A stretch of 14,702 bases of DNA from Deinococcaceae bacterium (GTDB lineage Bacteria > Deinococcota > Deinococci > Deinococcales > Trueperaceae): the NCBI GenBank assembly GCA_040256005.1, contig JBDZWC010000073.1, forward strand, positions 1-14,702, given 5' to 3'. Below the pieces are notes generated by a model. That model was given only the letters and a program-made list of their open reading frames with translations. It was not told the origin of the DNA and made no database searches. Position numbers and translations under genes: made by a program. Positions 8,396 to 14,702 of this stretch are shown one piece after another. Within the stretch, counting starts at the first letter, position 1, and each line of letters opens with the position of its first letter.

Positions 8396-8695
8396 ATGGA
8401 GGCAAGGAAGGTACTGATCGTCGCGCTCGTCGCGCTCGCCTCGTTCGCCCTGGGCTACCTGATCCTCGGTCTGGCGCAGCCCGCTTCCCCCTCGACTCCA
8501 AGCGTCGGCGAACCGTCCGTCGTCGCTGGCGAGGGGCAGGTGCTGTTCGTAGACGAGAGCACGCTCTTCCGAGGCGGGGAAGAAGAGGAGTACTCCGACC
8601 AGGGGTACGAGGACGACGAGGGCGAAGAAGAGCACGAAGACGATGACCACGAGCAGCTTCGCTACGACCGGAGAGGCGAGGAGGACGATGACTGA
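8396..8695 (+). CDS. Small membrane-anchored or secreted protein with an Asp/Glu/His-rich tail
   Basis: GGAGG SD at 8386-8390. N-terminal hydrophobic helix. 23 of the last 38 residues are D/E. Stop overlaps the next start. Confidence 0.75.
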   Translation: MEARKVLIVALVALASFALGYLILGLAQPASPSTPSVGEPSVVAGEGQVLFVDESTLFRGGEEEEYSDQGYEDDEGEEEHEDDDHEQLRYDRRGEEDDD

Positions 8696-8903
8696 CCGCA
8701 AGAGGTTCGATGCCCGCTCCGCCAGCAGCATCCTGCTGGTCATCGTCCTGGGACTGGCTGCGGGCACGGCGACGCGGAGCTTCGCCCCTGCTGCCCCGGT
8801 CATCGCCTCGCCGGTCGCGCTCTCGGCGCGCGACTCGACGCCGCGCGTGATCTTCGTGCGCGGCGGCGCATCGCGGCCGGTCGCGAGGACGAGGGCGAGC
8901 TGA
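8688..8903 (+). CDS. 71 aa single-TM peptide ending ...RPVARTRAS, function unknown
   Basis: ATG 8688 follows GAGGAGG. Overlaps the upstream stop, and its TGA overlaps the ApbE ATG (TGATG). One hydrophobic helix (SILLVIVLGLAAG). Confidence 0.7.
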   Translation: MTDRKRFDARSASSILLVIVLGLAAGTATRSFAPAAPVIASPVALSARDSTPRVIFVRGGASRPVARTRAS

Positions 8904-9736
8904 TGCTGCTTCGCGCCATGGGGACGGAGGTGCGGATCGAGGGACGCGGCGCGGAGGACGCCGCAGGCGAGATCCTCCGCCTCGAGGCCATGCTCACCCG
9001 CTTCGCGCCGTCGCCCCTGACGCGGCTGAACGAGGAGGGCTGCCTGCGGGACCCGCCCCCGGACCTGGTGGCCGCGCTGCGCCACGCCCTCGCCGTCGCC
9101 GATCTGACCGGCGGGCTCGTGACCCCGACGGTGCTGGACGCGCTCGAGCACGCCGGCTACCGGCGAAGCTGGCCGGCGGTCGACCCGCCCCTCCCGGGTC
9201 CCCCGCCGATGGTGCCCGCGACGGCCGGCATCGAGGTGAACGAGGGGCGCATCGGCCTGCCTGCGGGCGTGCGGCTGGATCTCGGGGGGACGGCGAAGAG
9301 CTGGATCGCCGAGCGCGCCGCCCGGCTCATGCCCGGCGAGGCCGTCCTCGACGCCGGCGGCGACGTCCTCATCCGCCGCCGCCGTCCCAGCCCCGTCGAG
9401 GTCGTCGACCCGCTGGGCGGTGAGCCGCTCACGCTCGTCATTCCTCCCGGGCGCTGGGGCGTCGCGACCTCCAGCGTCATGCGGCGCGCCTGGGCGGGGG
9501 CGCACCACCTCATCGACCCGCGCACGGGCCTGCCCAGTCGCGCGCCGTGGCTGCAGGCGACCGCGGTCGCGAAGACGGTGACGTGGGCGGAGGTCACCAG
9601 CAAGCTGCTCCTGCTGGGCGAGCAGCCGCCAGGCGTCGCCATGACCGTGGCCTTCGACGCCGATGGCCGAGCCTGGTCGGGGACCGGCCCGGAAGGGAGT
9701 CGTCGTGACGCGGACGGCGCCGCACGTCTCGCCTGA
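8903..9736 (+). CDS. apbE: FAD:protein FMN transferase (ApbE family), no signal peptide
   Basis: Motifs AMGT, LTRF..SPLTRLN, TGGLVTPTV, LDLGGTAKSW, DAGGD, VATS and HHLIDPRTG. Confidence 0.92.
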   Translation: MLLRAMGTEVRIEGRGAEDAAGEILRLEAMLTRFAPSPLTRLNEEGCLRDPPPDLVAALRHALAVADLTGGLVTPTVLDALEHAGYRRSWPAVDPPLPGPPPMVPATAGIEVNEGRIGLPAGVRLDLGGTAKSWIAERAARLMPGEAVLDAGGDVLIRRRRPSPVEVVDPLGGEPLTLVIPPGRWGVATSSVMRRAWAGAHHLIDPRTGLPSRAPWLQATAVAKTVTWAEVTSKLLLLGEQPPGVAMTVAFDADGRAWSGTGPEGSRRDADGAARLA

Positions 9737-10325
9737 GCTGATGGCCGGGCTGCTCGTGGCCGGCGTGGCGGGGCTGTGGCTGCTCGCCGCTGCCGGGGCG
9801 GCTCCCGCCGGCCTCGCCTGGACGTTCAACCGTCTGGCGGGCGTGGCAGCGTACGCGTTGCTGACGCTGTCGGTTGCGCTGGGAGCCCTCATGGGCAGCC
9901 GCCACGTCCCACCCTGGCTGGCCAAGCCGCTGCAGTACGGCTGGCACGGGCTGCTGAGCGGCTTCGCGCTCGCGACGACCGCCGCCCACGTGGCGTTCAG
10001 CGTCGTTGATGCCGAGTACCCCCAACCGCTCGCCGGGGTACTCGTGCCGGGGCTCGCCACGTACGCGCCGCTCGCGCTGGGGCTCGGCACGCTGGCCTCG
10101 TACGCCCTCGCGGCGGTCTACCTGTCGTTCGCCCGCCGCAGGTGCCTCGCGCCGCGCCTGTGGCGCACCCTGCACCTGCTCGCCTACCCGGCGTTCGCCC
10201 TCGCGACGCTGCACGGCCTGTTCGCCGGCAGCGACCGGCTCGCCTGGCTCTACCCGCCGGCGTTAGCGCTCGTGGCCGCGGCGACGGCGCTGCGCTTCCT
10301 CGAGCGCCCTAGACTCCTGACGTGA
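9705..10325 (+). CDS. Ferric reductase-like transmembrane (MsrQ-like) heme b protein
   Basis: GTG 9705 after GGAAGGGAG (alternative ATG 9741). R.AGVAAY.LL..SV.LG motif. His pairs H-x13-H (WHG...AHV) and H-x12-H (WRTLHLLAY...TLHG). About 6 TM helices. No FAD/NAD-binding domain. Confidence 0.88.
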   Translation: MTRTAPHVSPELMAGLLVAGVAGLWLLAAAGAAPAGLAWTFNRLAGVAAYALLTLSVALGALMGSRHVPPWLAKPLQYGWHGLLSGFALATTAAHVAFSVVDAEYPQPLAGVLVPGLATYAPLALGLGTLASYALAAVYLSFARRRCLAPRLWRTLHLLAYPAFALATLHGLFAGSDRLAWLYPPALALVAAATALRFLERPRLLT

Positions 10326-10981
10326 GGCTCCTGCTGGTCGAGGACGACGAGCGGATCGGCCAACCGCTCGTCCAGGCGCTCACCGAGGCCGGCTACCGGG
10401 TGACCTGGGCGCGCACCGGACCTGACGGGCTCGTCGAGGGCCGCTCCGGCGAGTACGGGATCATCGTGCTCGACGTGATGCTGCCGGGCCTCGACGGCTT
10501 CGCGCTGGCCAGGGAGCTGCGCGGCCTGGGCGTCGCGACCCCCACCGTCTTCCTCACGGCGCGCGACGAGGTCGAGGACCGCGTGGAGGGGCTCGACCTC
10601 GGCGGGGACGCCTACCTGGTCAAGCCGTTCGAGCTCGCCGAGCTGCTGGCGACCCTGCGCGCCGTCGCCCGCCGCGGCGAGAGAGCCACCAGCGCCCGGC
10701 ATGCCTTCGGCGACGGCGAGGGGCTGATCGACGCCCGCACGCGCCAGGTCTGGTGGGGAGGTCGAGAGGTCATGCTCACCGCCCGCGAGTACGAGCTCCT
10801 CGAGGTCCTTGCCCTCACGCCGGGGCGTTGGTTCCGCCGCGAGGAGCTCGTCGACCGCGTCTGGGGGCCCGCCTTCGAGGGCGACTCGCGGGTGGTCGAC
10901 GTCTACGTGCGCTACCTGCGGCGCAAGCTGGGCGACGTGGCGGTCCGCAGCGCGCGCGGCAGGGGCTACTCGGTGGGATGA
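10322..10981 (+). CDS. OmpR/PhoB-family response regulator
   Basis: LLVEDD, phospho-acceptor in LDVMLPG, FLTARD, KPF. Winged helix LTAREYELL...[13 protein letters not shown]...RGRGY. GTGA overlap with the upstream stop. Confidence 0.95.
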   Translation: MRLLLVEDDERIGQPLVQALTEAGYRVTWARTGPDGLVEGRSGEYGIIVLDVMLPGLDGFALARELRGLGVATPTVFLTARDEVEDRVEGLDLGGDAYLVKPFELAELLATLRAVARRGERATSARHAFGDGEGLIDARTRQVWWGGREVMLTAREYELLEVLALTPGRWFRREELVDRVWGPAFEGDSRVVDVYVRYLRRKLGDVAVRSARGRGYSVG

Positions 10982-12321
10982 CGCTCAGGCGCCGCTTCGC
11001 CGCCATCGTCGCCGCCCAAACGGCGGTCTTGCTCGTGCTGCTGTCGGTGCTGCTGTTCTTCGTGCTGCAGCGGTTCCTCGTCGCCGGCGAGGAGGAGCGC
11101 CTGCAGCTAGCCTTCTCGGCGCTCGACCTCGACGAGCTCGAGATCGAGCACGGCCGCGTGGCCGGCCAGGCGCTCGAACCCGTGCTAGGCAGCGACTTCC
11201 CTGCGGGCGTGCACGCGCGCGTGGTGGCGGACGGCGAGGTCCTGAGCGCCACCGACGGCTTCCCGGCGCTGCGAATCGACCTGCCGCCGGGGTTCAGCCA
11301 CGCGCAGGGCCACCAGCTGCTGGTGCGCGGCGTGAGGGAGGAGGGCCGCGATCTCGTCGTGCAGCTCGCTGCCGACACGCGAGGCATCCGCGAGCCGCTC
11401 GACGCCTACCTGCGGGCCCTGGCGGTCACGGTGCCGCTGATGATCGGCATCGCCGCCTTGAGCGCTGGCGCGGTCGCCAGCCGCCTGCTGGCGCCGTTGA
11501 AGGCGCTGGAGCGCTCGGCGCGCGAGATCGCCGCGGGCGGCGGCGCCCGGCTGCGCACGCCGATCCCGGGCGCCGACAAGGCGGACGAGCTCGGCAGCCT
11601 GGCCAGGACGCTCCAGGACTCCTTCGACAGGCTGGCGGCGGCGCGTGAGCGCGAGCGGGACTTCACGAGGGCCGCGGCGCACGACCTGCGCTCGCCTCTC
11701 ACGGCCCTGCGCACCAGGTTGCAGGCGACCCTGGCGCGCGAGCGCGACGCGCCGGAGTATGCGAGGCAGCTGCGCGAACTCGAGGTCGACGTCGCGCGCA
11801 TGTCCGAGCTGGCCGAGCACCTACTGATGCTCGCGCGGGATGCAGACGAGGCGCTGACGCTCGCGCCGCTCGACCTCTCGGCGTTGGCGCGCGAGCGCGT
11901 CGCGAGGGCGCGGACCTCGCACCCCGGCATGGACATCGACACCAAGGGGGATGCGGAGGTGGAGGTCGAGGGCGACGCGCGCCTGCTCGCTCACGTGCTC
12001 GACAACCTCATCGACAACGCCGCCCGGCACGGCGCCGGATCGCCGGTGACCGTCACGGTCCGCCGAGTCGGGGGGAGCGCTTGGCTCGCGGTGCGCGACG
12101 AAGGCCCCGGGGTCGACCCGGCGGAGCTGCCGCGGTTGACCCGCCCCTTCCACCAGGCCGACGCCGCGCGCTCCAGCGGCGGCAGCGGCTTGGGCCTGGC
12201 GATCGTCGCGCGCATCGCCGAGCTCCACGGCGCTGACCTGCGCCTCGCCAACGCCCTGCCGGCGGGGTTCGAGGCGTCGCTGAGGCTCCCGCTGGCCGCG
12301 CCCGGACCGGCGGCCGGCTGA
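10978..12321 (+). CDS. HAMP-domain sensor histidine kinase
   Basis: ATG 10978 overlaps the regulator stop (ATGA). Two TM helices and a HAMP domain (PLKAL...DELGSLA). H box [11 protein letters not shown] box NLIDNA, G1 DEGPG, G2 GSGLGL. Confidence 0.95.
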   Translation: MTLRRRFAAIVAAQTAVLLVLLSVLLFFVLQRFLVAGEEERLQLAFSALDLDELEIEHGRVAGQALEPVLGSDFPAGVHARVVADGEVLSATDGFPALRIDLPPGFSHAQGHQLLVRGVREEGRDLVVQLAADTRGIREPLDAYLRALAVTVPLMIGIAALSAGAVASRLLAPLKALERSAREIAAGGGARLRTPIPGADKADELGSLARTLQDSFDRLAAARERERDFTRAAAHDLRSPLTALRTRLQATLARERDAPEYARQLRELEVDVARMSELAEHLLMLARDADEALTLAPLDLSALARERVARARTSHPGMDIDTKGDAEVEVEGDARLLAHVLDNLIDNAARHGAGSPVTVTVRRVGGSAWLAVRDEGPGVDPAELPRLTRPFHQADAARSSGGSGLGLAIVARIAELHGADLRLANALPAGFEASLRLPLAAPGPAAG

Positions 12322-12346
12322 GTCCCGTAGGAGGAGATGATCGAGC

Positions 12347-13492
12347 ATGCCGAACCGCGACGCGCGCACCAGTCCCGACTCCCAGCGCTACCTGGAGTTC
12401 TGGCGGGACGAGCGCGAGAGCGAGTACCTCTACCGCTCCCTGGCCGAGGCCGAGGAGGACGCCGGCCTGCGCAGCGTCTATGCGCGTCTCGCCGACGCAG
12501 AGGCGCGGCACGCGCGGACTTGGGAGGAGGAGCTGACGACACTCGGGGTGCAGCCGGGAGCGTTCCGGCCGTCCTGGCGCGCCCGCACGCTCGCCTGGTT
12601 GGCGCGCCGCTTCTCCCCTGCCCTCGTCGCCCCCACGCTCAGCGCCCAGGAGGCGCGCGACGGCGAGAGGTACCTGGGCGTGCCCGCCGCCGCGGGAACC
12701 GAGCTGCCGGCCGAGGAGCGCTCCCACGCCCGCCTCCTGCGGGAGATCGCCAGGTCCACGCCCGGCGGCCTCAGCGGCGGCGCCGTGGCGCGCATCGAGG
12801 GCCGGCATCGCGCCGGAAGCGGCAACGCGCTGCGCGCCGCGGTGCTCGGCGCCAGCGACGGCCTGATCTCTAACTTCAGCCTCGTCATGGGCGTCGCCGG
12901 CGCCGCCCCCGACTCGAGCGCCGTCCTCGTCGCCGGCCTCGCCGGCCTGCTGGCCGGCGCGTTCTCCATGGCGCTGGGCGAGTGGATCTCGGTGCAGAGC
13001 TCCCGCGAGCTCTACGAACGGCAGATCGGCATCGAGCGCGCCGAGCTCGCGGCGCACCCCCAGGAGGAGGCAGAGGAGCTCGCGCTCATCTACCAGGCGA
13101 AGGGCCTCCCCGAGGAGCAGGCGCGCGCCCTCGCCGAGCGGCTGCTCAGCGACCCCGGCACGGCCCTCGACACCTTGAGCCGCGAGGAGCTGGGCATCGA
13201 CCCTGGCGAGCTCGGTGGCTCGGCGTGGGAGGCGGCGTTCGCCTCGTTCGGCTTCTTCGCCGTGGGGGCCGTGCTGCCCGTCCTGCCCTTCCTCTTCGGC
13301 GCGGGCTCCTCCGCCGTCCTCCTCAGCGTCGGCATCAGCACGCTCGGGCTCTTCGGCATCGGCGCCGCCATCACACTCCAGACCGGCAGGAGCGTCTGGA
13401 GCTCCGGCGGCCGCCAAGTGGCCATCGGGCTCGCCGCCGCAGCCATCACCTACCTCGTGGGCCGCCTCCTCGGCGTGGCCGTGGCGGGGTGA
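12347..13492 (+). CDS. VIT1/CCC1 family metal transporter with an N-terminal ferritin/rubrerythrin-like domain (MbfA-like architecture)
   Basis: N-terminal DE..S..LY..LA, EARH and ERSH ExxH motifs. VIT1 core LRAAVLGASDGLISN, GAFSMALGEWISVQS, EELALIYQAKG and SREELG. Confidence 0.93.
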   Translation: MPNRDARTSPDSQRYLEFWRDERESEYLYRSLAEAEEDAGLRSVYARLADAEARHARTWEEELTTLGVQPGAFRPSWRARTLAWLARRFSPALVAPTLSAQEARDGERYLGVPAAAGTELPAEERSHARLLREIARSTPGGLSGGAVARIEGRHRAGSGNALRAAVLGASDGLISNFSLVMGVAGAAPDSSAVLVAGLAGLLAGAFSMALGEWISVQSSRELYERQIGIERAELAAHPQEEAEELALIYQAKGLPEEQARALAERLLSDPGTALDTLSREELGIDPGELGGSAWEAAFASFGFFAVGAVLPVLPFLFGAGSSAVLLSVGISTLGLFGIGAAITLQTGRSVWSSGGRQVAIGLAAAAITYLVGRLLGVAVAG

Positions 13493-13769
13493 CGCGCGGT
13501 CATCGGCTGACCCAGCCCCGGGTGGGCGCGAGCGCTTCAGCGTCGCCGGCGATCATCACCGCGTGGGACGAGTGCTGGGTCCCCTCACTTCTGCTCAATA
13601 GGGTTCCTTCGGCCTCTCCCCGTACCGGCGACCGTCACCCCTCCCCCCTCGCGGGACATTTGCGAGTAGCCGTGGCGGCCGGCCCGGAGCAGCATCGAAA
13701 GCGTAGGGAACTGGTGTCGTCTTCACGGGCGCTCCCAGGGGCGCCCGCCCCAGGAAGGGGGTACTAGAG

Positions 13770-14174
13770 ATGACAGCCGCACGCCTGACAAGAGTTGCAG
13801 TCGTCATGGCCACGATCGCCCTGCTTCCCCTGAACGCCATGGCCCAGCGTGGTGACGCCGCGGAACCGGTGGCCCCCCTGCGCGCCGACACGCGCTACTT
13901 CACCGTCGGCAGCCACTTCTTCGCCCCCGCCGACATCACCGTCGAGACGGGCAGGCCGATGCACATAGTCGTCGTCAACGGCAGCCCGGACCACATGCAC
14001 GACTTCGTGATCATCTCGCCCACCGGCGGGTTGGTCGGCGGCCGCGCTGCGGTGATCGAGCCAGGGCAGCGCGCCGAGTTCGACTGGACGCCGCTCGCCC
14101 CCGGCATCTACCGAGTCCTCTGCGCCGTGTGCCCCGCTGAGGAGGGGATGCTTGCTCTCGTGCACGTCCACTGA
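13770..14174 (+). CDS. Secreted cupredoxin-domain protein with an atypical ligand loop
   Basis: Sec signal ending AMA. Cupredoxin strand motifs F.P..ITV..G, N...HMHDF, IEPGQ, PGIY. C-terminal loop CAVCPAEEGM. Confidence 0.85.
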   Translation: MTAARLTRVAVVMATIALLPLNAMAQRGDAAEPVAPLRADTRYFTVGSHFFAPADITVETGRPMHIVVVNGSPDHMHDFVIISPTGGLVGGRAAVIEPGQRAEFDWTPLAPGIYRVLCAVCPAEEGMLALVHVH

Positions 14175-14225
14175 CCGGCACTCGCCGAGACCGCCGGCTC
14201 GACCTCGACACCGGTAACCCCTAGC

Positions 14226-14251
14226 GCGAGCGGCGCGGCGGCGCCGCTCGC
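14226..14251. terminator. GC-rich hairpin between convergent genes, possible terminator
   Basis: Perfect 11 bp inverted repeat GCGAGCGGCGC-GGCG-GCGCCGCTCGC, with no strong U tract. Confidence 0.45.
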
Positions 14252-14426
14252 ACGCTCGTTTCGCCCGTCCGGCGAGGGCGGCGCTCGCCGTGAGCGCCCA
14301 AGAAGGTGCGGTGACCCTCGTTGGGCACGACGCGGGGCCGGCATCCACCACCCGTGAGGGCAACCGACCACTGGCCGCCCGGGCGCACCCGCGCGTGAGG
14401 CGCCCAGGAGGGCGCCTCGGTGGGCC

Positions 14427-14702
14427 TCAGAACCAGACCTGGATCCTGCCATGCTCAAACGTGATCGTCTGCTCGCCGCCGAGCTGGAAGCCCGAGACGA
14501 GCCGAGCTCCAAGCCAGAAGGTGCCCTCGTTGGCCAGCCCGGCGAGCTTAGGCGCGGCATCCCCCTCGCCGACACGGATCGTCTGCGCTTCACCCGCCGT
14601 TAGGGTGAATGGGCCGCCGAGCTCGACGTCCCCGGCGGCCTGCGCGACGCAAGCGCCGGCGGGCGGTGTGGAGCGGCCGAAGATCTCGATCGTCGCCTCG
14701 TC
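14427..14702 (-). CDS. Hypothetical protein, C-terminal 91 aa (5' truncated by window edge; not in the ORF track)
   Basis: Manual translation is open from the window edge to TGA at 14427: DEATIEIFGRSTPPAGACVAQAAGDVELGGPFTLTAGEAQTIRVGEGDAAPKLAGLANEGTFWLGARLVSGFQLGGEQTITFEHGRIQVWF. Protein-like, beta-strand composition. Confidence 0.7.
   Translation of the reverse strand, partial: DEATIEIFGRSTPPAGACVAQAAGDVELGGPFTLTAGEAQTIRVGEGDAAPKLAGLANEGTFWLGARLVSGFQLGGEQTITFEHGRIQVWF

Noticed and set aside
8348..10090. Long antisense and alternate-frame ORFs (580 aa here; also 3007-4341, 12053-13417, 6660-7544)
   Set aside because: Shadow ORFs of high-GC genes. They are Arg/Pro/Ala-rich, lack motifs and overlap well-supported CDSs.
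11080..11160. Acidic periplasmic segment of the kinase (GEEER...DLDELEIEH) as a PmrB-like Fe(III) sensor
   Set aside because: No true paired ExxE motifs, so the signal cannot be assigned from sequence.
13700..13711. AGCGTAGGGAA resembling the 3' end of a TPP riboswitch, and AGGGAA-ct-GGTG resembling a cobalamin riboswitch core
   Set aside because: No CTGAGA or CCTGAT elements for TPP, and no AAxTCC, CTGT or B12-box elements for cobalamin.

Overview
High-GC bacterial window. The style of the lipoproteins suggests Deinococcota (Trueperaceae-like), but this is a weak impression. The left half holds the 3' end of a TPR protein gene, two convergent lipoprotein genes (a beta-rich ~402 aa protein and a 985 aa Ig-like plus double beta-helix protein), an ArsR-SRPBCC fusion divergent from a YjdI-type Fe-S protein, and tRNA-Lys(CTT) with a terminator. 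The right half is more GC-rich. It has a leftward membrane protein/CPBP protease pair, then a tightly coupled rightward seven-gene operon: acidic-tailed membrane peptide, small membrane peptide ending in RTRAS, signal-less ApbE-type flavin transferase, ferric reductase/MsrQ-like cytochrome b, OmpR-family regulator, sensor kinase, and a ferritin-like/VIT1 transporter. A secreted cupredoxin with an atypical CxxC ligand loop and a partial convergent gene follow. The best candidate for an undescribed system is this flavinylation/iron-redox operon. It encodes no recognisable FMN-binding domain, and its 71 aa peptide may be a non-canonical ApbE substrate. No integrase, transposase or CRISPR array was seen.
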